A stretch of 64,000 bases of DNA from the human T2T-CHM13v2.0 reference genome, Homo sapiens, in assembly GCA_009914755.4 (NCBI GenBank), contig CP068257.2:36512001-36576000 (forward strand), read 5' to 3'. The translations under genes and the position numbers were made by a program. The notes beneath the pieces were generated by a model, which ran no database searches, had not been told where the DNA came from, and was given only the letters and a program-made list of their open reading frames with translations. Below, in pieces: positions 40,368 to 52,940 of the stretch (position 1 is the first letter of the stretch; the number at the start of each line of letters is the position of its first letter).

Positions 40368-41302
40368 GATGCCTGGTTGAAGGAAGCTCATTCTTTCTGG
40401 AGTCCCCAACTCTAATATTCCTGGTCACCTCCAGTCCTAGTTGTCACCTGCAGCTGATCTAGACAACGCTGGTTTCTCAAAGAGCTGACAGTTCCCCCAA
40501 GGGCAGCTCCCTCCCAGGCAAGCACAGGCCCCTTGGCTGCCTGGGAAGTTCTCCATGTTCTTCACCCTAGCTTGCTTCACGGCCCACAGACATCCCCTTT
40601 GTGCTGTGCTTACCCAGTGGGGTCCTGGTCCTTTGGGGTCACCCCCACAGCTGCTCTACTACAGCCTACATGGCTGACCAGGGAGACAGGTGAAGCGATG
40701 TCAGTGCTTGACAACTCACACGGCCCAGCGAGCCATTCCTCAATGCTGATCAGTTCCCACAAGTAACAGGCTCTGGCTGAGTGAAGGAGATGGTGCAGGT
40801 GCAGGTCAAGACAGGGTCACTGCCCTTCTGGAGCTTGGGTCTAGCAGGAGAGCGGAGTAGAGGTAAGACTTTAATTAAAAGACCCATTGATAACTTGGAA
40901 TTAAGGGTGATGTGCTGTTATATCTAGCTGTGAGGAAAAAGATCATTTGGTTTCAGTTCTTAGACCTGGGTGCTGGGCTTGGGGAAGCTTGTCCAACTCT
41001 TCTTTCCCTCCAGGTGAGTTCTGTCTTGAGGCCTCTCTTTCATTTGTTCCCCCTGCTCTGTGGTTTCTAGGTGCATTGCCCATCCTTCAGAGAGCTCTGT
41101 GTGAATCCATAAAAGGTGCTTAAAGCTTTTCACTCCATGAGGCCTCATCTGTCTCATGAAAGCAATAAATGTAAGTGGACATTTGGGAGGAAATGTTTGC
41201 TTTGCATGCTCATAACTGGATGGCTCATTTGGATGGAGATTGCCCCAGACATCCGTGTAAGTCCTCCATCCTAGTAGACAGCAAACTACTGCAGCACGAA
41301 CC

Positions 41303-41432
41303 ATATTACATTACTAACACACTACAAATTATACTGATACACACTACATATCACAATAATTCACATTACATATTACATTAGTAACATCCTCCATATTACA
41401 TGATTAACTCATTACACCTTATATGAGCTGGT
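41303..41432. repeat. Same AT-rich minisatellite, block 2
   Basis: ccatattacattactaacacactacaaattatactgatacacactacatatcacaataattcacattacatattacattagtaacatcc... Confidence 0.7.
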
Positions 41433-43204
41433 TTGTGCTGCTCCCTATGTAAGCACCCTCTGTAATTCCATCAGGATCTCAAAGGTCTGGAGCTCAGGTT
41501 CAGCCACAGTACCTGCAATGCAATGAAATTAATGGTATTATGATAGTAATGATATGATAATATTAATGCAGGCTGTTGTGCAGTACACCTACTAAGGTTC
41601 TGGGAAATAGAATCCACAAGACATGATATACACCTTATCCTTCCTTTTCCTCCAAAACACTGCCACGATCTATCAACACCATCATTTAACAGATGTTGAA
41701 AGAAAGACTCTAAAAAATAACTTGCCCAAGGCCAGTCAGTGAGTTGGCTGCAAACTCTCTGTCTTTCCCCATTTCTTCCTTTTCTCTATTCCACGTAGTA
41801 TTTAAGTCATCACCTCCTGTTCACCCCACAGTGCTCAGCTCTGCCACCCCTCACTCACTGGAGCACCAGTGCTCAGGTCACCCACTATGCCTACCTTGCA
41901 CATCCCACCTCTGGCTGCACCCACAGGCTCACGCTAGGCAGGGAAGGGCAGGTAAGGGCATCAGGCATTGTGCCCTTCCATAGCCAGGCTCATGGAGGGC
42001 TTTCTGAGCAGAGATTCTAATTCTGCCAGCTGACCTGGTAGAAGCCCCCAGGCTGCAGCCCTGTTCTGCCCACTTCCACTCCCATGCATAGGGACATCCA
42101 CAACATCCACACTCCAGGTAACTGAATCCACCTCCCCACTGCAGCATTTCAGAAGATGCTAAGTGCAGGATGAACCACACACTTCCTTCTCCAAACTGGG
42201 CCACTTTTGAGAGTAAAAGAGGCATTATTAATAACTGAGACAACAGGTGGATGCTGGACATATGTCATTCACCCTGTTTGACAAACTCCTGTCGCCTCTC
42301 ACCAGCAGAGGAGGCTGTGAGACCAGAAGACTTGGAAGGAAGTGGCAGGCACTGATTGTTTCTAAGGGAGCTGGGTTGGATCCTCGTTTTGTGTGGTTGG
42401 GAGGCTGGCAGCTGGCAGTCCCCTCAAGCCAAGCATGATGTAGTGGGGGTAGGTTATCTTTCTTCTCACTGCCTTAGTGTCCTCAGGATTGCCTTGGGGC
42501 CACTTTTCTTGTCATCAGGAAGTGAGCAGGACCACAGCTGATGACCCTCAGCCTGTCATTTTGGTGCAATCCAGGGTTTAACTGGCCGGGGAGTAAAGGG
42601 GACTGTTGCACCATTCCAGGCTGGCTGAGCCTTGTATCTCACCTCCCCACATCTCTGTATCCCTGGGGCTAAATGGGGCTGTTTCCATGCTCCTTCTAGA
42701 AGCTTCTCCAGCACCAGCCTTCCCCCAAACCAGAACAAGAGCATTGATCTACACCCAAGAGGAGCAGGAATCAGCAGAAACGCAATGGAAGAAACTGATA
42801 TGCCATCTAGTGGAAACACAGAAAGCCTCAAATGAAAATCTCAGCCAAAATGAGGCCACTCAACCAGTGTCCAGTGAATCAAGTTTCTGACAAAAGTCAG
42901 CTAAATCAAACACCTCTGTGTTTCACCCTTTTTGATGGCAACGCCTTAAATGTGACTGCTGCTCAGAAAGCCAAGTAAAGAAAATATAATGGGGCTGCTA
43001 TTGGCTCATTCCGAATCAGGCATTTTCTCTCAGGTCAGCATTTGGGATCAGAATTTTGATTACATAATATTGTCGAAGGCAACAGAAAAGGACCATTGAC
43101 TCACAGGGTGTTACAGCTGATAAAGGACTTCAGAATTAATCAACAAACATTGAGGCAACATTAACTAAAGGTCAAGAACTATTCTAACCACCTTATAAAT
43201 ATTT

Positions 43205-43440
43205 ATTCACTTAATTCTCACAGCAGCCCTATATATAAGCACTAGCATTATCTCCACTTGACAGATAAGGAAACTGAGGCATGAAAAAGTTAAGAAAGGT
43301 GCTCAGGGACACACAGCTGATAAGGCTTCGCACCCGTTTGGTTAGGCTCGGAAGCCACTGCACCATGCCCAAGGTCACAGAGCAAGGAGTCCAAGCAGTA
43401 TTTCCCTTACTCAGAGATATGAATAGCCAGAAACACTTAG
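43205..43440 (-). mobile_element. MIR SINE, antisense
   Basis: ccacttgacagataaggaaactgaggcatgaaaaagttaagaaaggtgctcagggacacacagctgataaggc...ccactgcaccatgcccaaggtcacagagcaaggagtccaagc. Confidence 0.65.
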
Positions 43441-44094
43441 GATGTTTGGTTTTACAACCCACAACCTCCTCCCCCACCTTCGCCAAAAGATAAACTATTT
43501 TCTTTTTTTCTGGAACTTACCTAACATAACATAATCTACATAAATCTACAAAATAATGTTGTTCATGAGAAAGGCATATTCGATTCAAGCTTATCCACCT
43601 TAAACTGCTTCTGCATAACCAACCTAGACGTATACAGAGTCCCTTCTGTTAGTTCCTTTGATGGATTTTTGCTTTTTTTCTCCTGAAAGTAAAAAGCAGG
43701 AACATATACTGTGATTTATTAGGTTTTGCATCTGTGACAAGGAATGCAGTCCTAGAGAGGGCGGTAATTAGCTAATGCTTCTGGAATGCTGCTTCCTTCC
43801 CACCAGCCCCTGGAGGTCAGCAGGCCAGGGGCGAAGGCAGCTTTGTCCTGCCCCTATGGGAGGTTGTGTTTCTCGACCCAGTGTCTTGAGTTTGCTTCGG
43901 GGCCGGCATCTATGGAGAGCAGGGAGCATTTGCACTCCTTGGGGAAGAGGCATGAGGAGGGGCAGCAGTGTCCTAAGCTCCTAGTGACTCAGTCTATTCT
44001 TGACCTGCCATCACAGGGATGAGTTTGGCCTGAATGAAAGTCACACACCCTGAGCAGGCTCTGAGGTTTGGTTTAGTCCACAGTTTTTCAACCT

Positions 44095-44230
44095 CAGGAC
44101 TATTGACGTTTTGTCGTGGGGCTACTGGATGCACTGTGAAATGTTAACAGCATCCCTGACCCTCCACCACTAGATGCCAGTAATGGCTGTAACCGTAATA
44201 GGTTCGCTGCCTGATGGGCAGCCAGCAAGT
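44095..44230 (-). mobile_element. hAT-like MITE, family A, copy 3 (partial, antisense)
   Basis: gtttttcaacctcaggactattgacgttttgtcgtggggctactggatgcactgtgaaatgttaacagcatccctgaccctccaccactagatgccagtaatggc, the reverse complement of the family A 3' half. Confidence 0.4.
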
Positions 44231-44482
44231 CAGTACACCGAGACAGCCAGTTGCAGCAGAGAAAGAGGGTTCATTGCAGAGCCGCTGAATAAGACGGGAG
44301 GAAACCTCAAATTTGTCTCCCCGAGGAGTTTTAGGGTTAGGGTTTTTAAGGGTTTTAGAGTTGACCAAAGTGTGGAGATCAGTGGTTGATCGAAGAGTGC
44401 AGGGTGAAGGCATTGGACAAGAAGATGAAGACGCTGTATTCTCATACTGATTCAGTTCCTCTGTGAGGTGAGGGTCTTCTAA

Positions 44483-44838
<356 letters not shown>

Positions 44839-46978
44839 ACATCTTAAGCAATTTTTAAGCAAAAGCCTTGTGATTCTAACCTCAGAGATGCTATCTATAA
44901 GAACAACAGGGATACAGATGGTCAGTGTCTAGGCCTACCTGACTTTCTGTTACAAGGAAGTGGGCCGAAGTGCAGCCTGATTAATGCTTAATTATAACTA
45001 TATTTCTGTACAGAATTCTTGTTAAGAATTATTGGGTCCAGGATTGACCTAATTTTCCCAAATTATTTAAGATTAATTATAACATGGCCTCTCAGATTGG
45101 TTCAAGGGTAGAGTGAGGGGGACCATGCCATTTGGGAAGAGCCATTCAGACATGTCTAATAAGTAAGCATTGCTTTTCTCTACCTTACTCAATATTCTTT
45201 ACAGATTTCAGAAACAGCCTAAAACAACATTCCACACATTGAATGCATATACTAGTTCACAGTGAGGCCCTAGAGTACTGGAAGCAAAGCTGGGAAAAAT
45301 TAAAATTCTAAATCTTCTACACAGTAAATGCAAACATGAACTGGACATTCCTCATTTCTTCCATATTTCCTTTTCTACCATCTTTAGCCTATTCTCAGCC
45401 TCAGATGGACTGACGCATTAAAGCTCCAGAGTGTGGGTAATTTATGGAACTTGAAAAATGCATGTCTGGGAGCCATGGAGAGAGGGGGAAAGGGCAGTCC
45501 CAATCAGACCCTCAGTCTCCTCTTTGTCTTTCATGTACTCTCTAATGTCTACTCCATTGAGTGTACTCTTGGTACCCAACTCCTTTAATGGGAGAAGCTT
45601 TCAGCTGTTGCTCAGGGTATTGCTGCTCATATGCACTAAAGCCATTGAGCACACTATTCAGGGGACCCTCACCAGCCCTCTTGGATATTTGCACTATTGG
45701 TGGTCCTGAGGTGACCTCAAGGATGAGTCATAGGAGTTAGTCAATCTTTCAAAGGGAGTGTCTGTTCCCTCTGCTGGGAGATCGTGTGTTATTTGATGAA
45801 AATTTTCAATACAAACCCACTTTAAATACAGAAGACATCCCAGATGGAAAGGAAAAACCTTTTCAGACAGCTATTCTTCAATTTGGTTTCTGGAGGCATA
45901 ATTTTCTTCGATGGTAGGCAGAATTCTAAGATGACTTGTGCCTTGAATAATCCCTTCCTCTTGAGTAGGGGCAAGAGCTGTGGATATGATGGGATCTCAC
46001 TTTGTGTTATAATGTATGGCAAAAGGGACTTCTGCAGATGCAATTAAGGTCTCTTAACAGATGAGTTAAGGTAAAGGGAGACTGCCCCGGTTGGGCCTTA
46101 TCTAATCAGGTGAATTCTTATGGTCTTAAAGTCTGAGACAGAAGTCAGAGAGAGGCATGTTCCTGCTGGCCTGGAAGAAGAAAGCAGCCACAGTAGCTAG
46201 AACCAAAGAGTGGTCTGAGAGCTGAAAGCAGCCTCAGCCCAGGAGCCAGCAAGAAAATGGGGACCTCAGTGCTACAATCAGAAGGAACTGAATTCTGCCA
46301 GCAACCAGAGAGCTGGAAGAGGGCCCTAAGCCTCAGATGACCTTCCAGCCCTGGCTCAATAACTTATGTTGTTTTAAGTCACTAGGTCTATACGTAATTT
46401 GTTATCTGGCAATAGAAAATCAATGCACCTTCATTTTATTTTGTTGCTAAATTGGATATTCACTGTATTTTCTTATTTGCTTTGTTCTTGATGCTCTGGC
46501 ATCTAGGGCCTTGTTGACAGGAGGAAACCACCCTTCCCAAGGCTTTACTATCCCAAAGATTGTAAAGGACTTGCCCTGGAGCATGCTTTTCATATGAAAA
46601 CTAACCAATCCAGAGGCCTTACTTTGAACCACCTTCTCTCTCTGGCTCTTACACTCCAGGAGGTAATGTTCCTCTGCTCTGATCATCTCAGGACCAGGTA
46701 CCAGACAGCTAGAGACAGCCCCTATACCCTGGAGCCTATCAAAATTACTTAATCTAGCAGATCATACACCTACCTAGTCTGTTTACCCTGCCTCACCTGT
46801 TCCTTCCCATGAAAACCACAATAAAGATGTCTGCCTCTGCTTTCCCCATTTCCCCACTCTGCTTCCTTATAAACTTTGGTCCTTCCATTTGTAGCCCCTC
46901 CTCTTGGGAACTGTGAATAACAAACTATCTTGTCAGTAACAGTCATCGTCTGATTTGTTGGCCTCACCATACTGGAAT

Positions 46979-47167
46979 AATAATAAAACCTATTTAAAAC
47001 AAACTGTTAGGATCGTTTTGCTTATACATTTCTTCTCTATGTGTTCTACTCAGATCCTCCCAAACTTCAGAAGTGTCAAAAAATACTAAATGCAGATTAT
47101 TAAATCTTGACCTTAATTAGGTTCCATTGTGAATTTTTTAAATAAAAAGATTGTTTTAGTATTAAAA
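46979..47167 (+). repeat. Inverted-duplication arm 1 (about 188 bp)
   Basis: aataataaaacctatttaaaacaaactgttaggatcgttttgcttatacatttcttctctatgtgttctactcagatcc...aaaaagattgttttagtattaaaaa. Confidence 0.85.
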
Positions 47168-48055
47168 AAATTCTTCACAAGGGATAACAAGCACATCTTG
47201 GCTTTTGTCCCTTCTTACAGATTTTTAGCATAAGCTGAAAGAAAAATAAAACTATGGGAAAGATTTTGCCAGACAAAACAGAACAATAGGCAGAGTTCCA
47301 TGTAAAATGCCTGATTGGTGCAGGCAGCCAGTATCCTCTAATGGAAAAATTCACAAATGTAACAAAAATAAATGGTGCATCATACATTATGTTTGTCAAT
47401 ACTTTTGTGATGATTTATGCTAGAATGGCAAGCCAGAGATTGCCTAATTTTATGTCCTATGCTTTAAGACCAGCCTCCCATACTTTCCTGAACGTCTGAA
47501 GAGCTTACAAAAGGGCTTTTGCTTTGTTTTACTCAAAGAAAAGTGAACTCCTTCTCTTACTAATGATTTGAGCATTTTCCTCTCAGGAAACAAATAATAT
47601 TTAAGCAAGTGATTTAGCATGACACTATTTTTTGCTTCTAATGTAAAAGGCCTATTACTTACAAAGAAAAACTAGATATTTATAAATAAATTATTTTGTT
47701 AATAATGTGCTGTTCCTTTACACATCTTATTATCTTGTATTAATAGCTCTAGCCATACTGACATTTTTAGTTTTATCTATACATGATATTTTCTCTAAGA
47801 GGCAGATTTTAGAGGCCAGTCAAGCATTTGGATATAATTTTGTGCAAGGATTTTTTTTAATTTACAAATAATGGTATCACATACCTGAGCATCTGCAAAT
47901 AAATTGGTAACTGCTATAGTTACAAATAAACACACACTCATGTATGCACACACAACCATGATCATAAACATATCCCTGTGCCTCTCCCTTTTCTATGCAC
48001 ACCTCATACATATAGGGGGTATGTATGTGTATACCTGTGTGTGTGTGCGTGCATG

Positions 48056-48246
48056 TTTTTAATACTAAAACAATCTTTTTATTTAAAAAATTTGCAATGG
48101 AACCTAATTAAGGCCAAGATTTAATAATCTGCATTTAGTATTTTTTGACACTTCTGAAGTTTGGGAGGATCTGAGTAGAACACATAGAGAAGAAATGTAT
48201 AAGCAAAATGACCCTAACAGTTTGTTTTAAATAGGTTTTATTATGT
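48056..48246 (-). repeat. Inverted-duplication arm 2 (reverse complement of arm 1, about 96% identical)
   Basis: tttttaatactaaaacaatctttttatttaaaaaatttgcaatggaacctaattaaggccaagatttaataatctgcatttagtatttttt...ccctaacagtttgttttaaataggttttattatg. Confidence 0.85.
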
Positions 48247-48782
48247 TTGTGTGTGATACTCTTATCAACTAATTGGGCAGTAGATTTTGTATTATGGCAA
48301 ACATATCACTTTAGAATTTGACATGCCTGTGACTGACACCCACACTACAGCATACTTACTTCATCATTGTAACTTTGGATATTTTAACATATTTGGATGT
48401 TCATTTATTTTTACAACAGGAAGAATAATTCCTATCTCACCAAGTTACTAAGACGGTTAAATATGGCTCCACCTGCCTGAAATCCTTTTTCTCCTGACCA
48501 TCCACACTGATGTCTTCTTGTCCTTTGAATGTCGCTCACTGTTGTAGAAAGGGTAACCCTGACTAATTAGCTAACATAGCCATCTAATGACTGTTATATC
48601 TCTTGATTCATAGCACTTGTTTATGTCTGCTTTGATCATATTCATTTCATTAAATATATATCTTACTCCCTCTGTAAGAGAACAAATGCTGTGAGAACAG
48701 GACCTTGTTTGACATGTTCATTATTCTAGCATCCAGTGCCTGAAAACATGCCTGACACATAGTAGTCACTTGATCAATATTT

Positions 48783-48905
48783 GTATGAAGGAAAGAAGGA
48801 AGGAAGAAAGGAATAAAAGGAAGAAGAGGGGTTTGGTGGGAGGGAGAAAGGGAGGGAAGGACAAAGGAGTGTGAAAAAGAGGGATGAAGGGAGGCAGGAA
48901 GAAGT
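48783..48905. repeat. Purine-rich (GGAA/GA)n-like low-complexity tract
   Basis: gaaggaaagaaggaaggaagaaaggaataaaaggaagaagaggggtttggtgggagggagaaagggagggaaggacaaagg... Confidence 0.8.
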
Positions 48906-49291
48906 TTAAATGTCCAACACAATGACTAACACATTACATAGGCACTCAATATACTTCAATTTTCTATTTTGTAATCTGTGAATTTTGGTAAGTTTCTTAA
49001 ACTCTTTAGGCCTCGCTTATCTTATCTGTAATAATGGTACATGCAGTACCATCCATTAGGATTGTTATAAGGAATAAATGGAAAACAAAGAAATAAATGC
49101 AGAGTATATTGCACTGTGCAGAACTATATACTCATTAAATATTACATATTAATATTTTTGTTACTTCCCCCAAATGATATCATCGGACACAAACTTCTGA
49201 GTTCAATTAGAATTTATAACTTACGGATATGAATTTGTTCAAATAGTGTTATATTTCCTTTTATAAAAATAACCATTTGAGATATATGAAA

Positions 49292-49378
49292 CTTGAACTC
49301 TTGGCCTCAAGTGGTTCTCCTGCCTCAGCCTCCCAAAATGCTGAAATTACAGGCATGAGCCACTATGCCTGGCCATTT
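49292..49378 (-). mobile_element. Alu 5' fragment (about 85 bp), antisense
   Basis: cttgaactcttggcctcaagtggttctcctgcctcagcctcccaaaatgctgaaattacaggcatgagccactatgcctggcc. Confidence 0.8.
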
Positions 49379-50392
49379 GTGATGTAATTAATAAGCAATC
49401 AAGGAAATACTTAACTGTACTTATAATTATTAAGTTAATGTGACCAAAGTTAAACTTTAATACAAGGAATGTGTGAGCCCTTAACTAAAAATTATAATCC
49501 CTCTGCTTGTTTGATGGCTGAATCAAATAAACCATAAGAAAACCACTAGAAAATTATACTTGTTTTCAATACATTCTTATACTTCTGAATAGATAAAGAA
49601 GCCACCTTAAGTTTTTATTAAGAACAGTTTTTCTAACCGCAAACAAGAATAAAACAATAAGGTAAAATGCCACCAGAAAATGAAAACGTGAGTAATGACT
49701 TTCTTTTCATTGCCTGATGGGTATAGAGGGTTATTTTTTCCCGTACAGCATAGTTTAATTTTTTTTCATTTCTTATAATGAAATTACTGAGGTACTTTAA
49801 TGAAGATTTCCTGCAAAATAGATTAAAACTTACAAAGTGATACAAGATTTGTGCTTTCAGCCAGAAATTGTCTTTTAATTGGCCAGTACAAAGACAAGAG
49901 AAGCTAAGGGAAATGGAATACCATTTGTGTCATTTCCATCACACCATTTCTTATTCTCAGCACTTACTGAGTGTGTAACTGCTGAGAGATTTGCCAGGTG
50001 TTCACTCACAGATTGATAGCTCCATGTATAATTCCAAATGATAGAGATGGAGTGTTGTGTCCTCTGATAGCAGAAGCAGCAGCCACTGCCTTCCCCACAA
50101 ACCTGTCACAAAGAAATCAGTGGGGATTGGATTTTGCCCTGACCTGGATAAAAGGACACTTCATCACAGCAACAGCCTGCTGGGAGAGGAGGGAATAGAC
50201 CCTGCTCTTGCTGCTGCAGATGCCTGCAAAGGATCTTTACTTGGAGGGGTCTTGGAGCTCCTTTCTCCGCAGCTACACCAAGTGGCCAGGTATATGTGCA
50301 CATATACAGTAGCCACCTGCTTTCACTGTTGCATGTTACGCAATGAATCTCACCATGGGAGTGAAGATGCTTCTGGTTCTTCAAAGTGAGAC

Positions 50393-50412
50393 AGGAAGAG
50401 GAAGAAGAAGAA

Positions 50413-50444
<32 letters not shown>

Positions 50445-50656
50445 AGGAGGAGGAGGAGGGAAGAGAAGAAGAAGGAGGACGAGGAGGAGGAGGAGGCGGT
50501 GGCGGTGGCAGTGGCGGTGGAGGAGGAGGAGGGGGAGGAGGAGGGGGTGGAGGAGGAAGAAGAAGGAAGAAGAGGAAGGAAGAAGAAGAAAGAAGAAGAA
50601 AGAAGAAGGAAGAAGAAGAAGAAAGAAGAAGGAAGAAGAAGAAAGAAGAAGAAGAA
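50393..50656. repeat. Long GA-rich microsatellite: (GAA)n/(GAGGAA)n/(GGA)n with an internal (GGCGGT)n core
   Basis: aggaagaggaagaagaagaagaggaggaagaggagg...ggaggcggtggcggtggcagtggcggtggaggagg...gaagaagaaagaagaaggaagaagaagaac. It generates artefactual ORFs on both strands. Confidence 0.95.
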
Positions 50657-51789
50657 CACTGTTTGGTGGGAGCTATATTCCAGGCTCCATAGCTGGTTAC
50701 TCCAAGTGAAGAAAATGCGGCTTCAAGAGGTTGTGAGGCTTACGTGGCAGGATGAGGGAAGTGAGGGTATGGGCATTTATGTGATGTAGCAGCAGCAGCT
50801 TGTCCCAGTGGGAAAACCTCACCCTGAGAGGTCATGGGAAATCCCGAGAACCACATAGCACTTCCCATCCTCCATCTTTCCTTTCAGTACAGTTCCCCAC
50901 AATCTCTACTACCACCCCCACCCTCTGCACCAGGCTCTTATCTACGTTTTTTGGAAAGAAGACCATCAGTTCAACAAATGAGCATAAAACAAGACTCTCA
51001 CAGCTGGAGCCTCTCCCACAGTTTGCGCTTTCTCCTGAGAGACTCTTTGATCTCTCCTGCCATTGTCTTGGGGCCATCCCAGTGGTTCTTCAGACATGCC
51101 TGAATATGTCTACATTCCACCAGCAAATGCCCAGACTGAGGGTCACACACCTACCCACACAGACACAAAAATAATCTCACTCATCAACAGTGGTGCACTA
51201 AGTCTAAGGTTACAAGGAACAGTGACACACAGGAAGTGTGCTGTCAGATAAGAGAGTTATACACTTCAAGGGACAACCAAAGTGGACTCTGATGAGGACC
51301 TGCATGGAAGGGTCCTGGTGTCTGTGCGTGAACACTGGAGGGACACTTAGGTCTGTGAGGCCTCAGGAAAGGCTTCTGAAAGCAAGAGGCCCTGAACTGA
51401 AACAGCTAGGTGTCTAAGTGTTCTGTGGCTGAAGGCAAGAAGCAAGGACAATCTAGGTACAGGGAAGCTGACAAGGGAAGGCTCAGAGGCAGAAAATACT
51501 TGGGTGAATCCAGAGCCCCCATCTCGCTTAATATGAGAAAAACCTAGAATCCCATGCAGGGAGTGGCAAGAAACCAAGCTGCAGTATCAGCAGAGACTGA
51601 GTCATAAAGGGCACTGAGGGACATAGCAGGAAGCTCAGATTTTGAACTGACAGAAAAAAAGAGTCCCTGATAGACTCAAGTTTCTCTCTCAGATTGATAG
51701 CTTCATTTATAAACCCAATGATAGAAATGGAGTATTGTCTTTGAATAATAGGAGCTATCACGATTATACTGTAGAGCTTTTGGAAGGCT

Positions 51790-51960
51790 ACCCTGGAGGC
51801 AGTGTAACAGAAGGTCAGAAATTAAGAGGGTCACCTGATGAGGCTACTGCAATAGTCCAAGGGGATGATGGTTTGGGCCTGGACTAAACTATGGCAAGTA
51901 GGGATGGGGAGTAGATACCAAGAGGAGAGTAGCAGGTAGCAGGGCCAGATGACGGCCTAA
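51790..51960 (+). mobile_element. Ancient L2-like relic
   Basis: ...gaggctactgcaatagtccaaggggatgatggtttgggcctggactaaactatggcaagtagggatggggagtagataccaagaggag... resembles the L2 3' region. Low confidence. Confidence 0.3.
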
Positions 51961-52669
51961 ATCGAGGGGTACAAGAGAGCTTGCATGAAATAAACAATCA
52001 GCCCTGGCAGGACTGACTGGGACTGCCCTTGCAGGACGAAGAGAGGAAGGGTTAAAACTACATGTCTTGAGGCTATTTGCCAATGTCCTTAGGAAGCAGG
52101 GAGTATGGCTAATGGAGCTTTTAGTCCTAATTAGCCAAAACTGGGATCCTGCCAATTTTAGAGGCTTTCAAGGGGCATGCTTCAAGGAAGAGTCCCCCTG
52201 AGCTTAAGTAATGAGTGATGGCCTGCCATCCAGCCCAGGGGCAATGTCTCTAACCCTGGGTCATGCCAGAATTATACTCCCTTGACTAAACACATCAGTT
52301 TATCCAGGACCCAACATATTTCATTTTATTTAATATTCCCCCAAACCCCAAGTAGATGTACTTACTACTCATTTCACAGATAAGGAAACAAGCTTCAGGA
52401 GAAGCAAGGCCATTTTTCACATAGTTGGTAAGCATTCAAAACAGTATTCGAATGCTGGCCTGTCTGATTCCTGGGTTTTATTCTATCCACTATGTACAAT
52501 ATCAGAGGGGTCCATGTGTTTCTCTTCTGGACAGAGAAAAGAGTGAGGAGACCTCAACAGTGGACACTAGCCTCCACAATTCAGAATGAAGTAACCTGGG
52601 ACTTGCAGAAGAGGGAATCCACATTGTTTCAGTTAGGTAGCATTTGGTGACAGTGATAACAATGATAAT

Positions 52670-52940
52670 GAAAACAGCAGCAACTAATATTTACTGAGTG
52701 CTTCATATGCACTAGACATTGCTCTAACTCATGTAATCCACCCAAAAACCTACAGAAATAGGTATTGTCATGATGTCCAGATTGTTGAGTGAAATAATTT
52801 TACAGATGAGGAAATGGGCCCAGGAGAATTAAATAACTCTTCCAATTGACAAGGTAGAGGTGGAAACAGCATGGAAATTCAGGCATCCAGCTTCAGAGCT
52901 CACTCTCCTAACCACTATATTATGTTCTCTATGGTCAGGT
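52670..52940 (-). mobile_element. MIR SINE, antisense
   Basis: ctaatatttactgagtgcttcatatgcactagacattgctctaactcatgtaatcc...ttttacagatgaggaaatgggcccaggagaattaaataactcttccaattgacaaggtagaggtggaaac...gctcactctcctaaccactatattatg. Confidence 0.75.

Noticed and set aside
50343-50789. 148-aa (+), 107-aa (+) and 92-aa (-) ORFs encoding E/K/R/G-rich or S/F/L-rich peptides
   Set aside because: Pure translation artefacts of the (GAA)n/(GGA)n/(GGCGGT)n microsatellite. Every frame of a purine-rich repeat is open.
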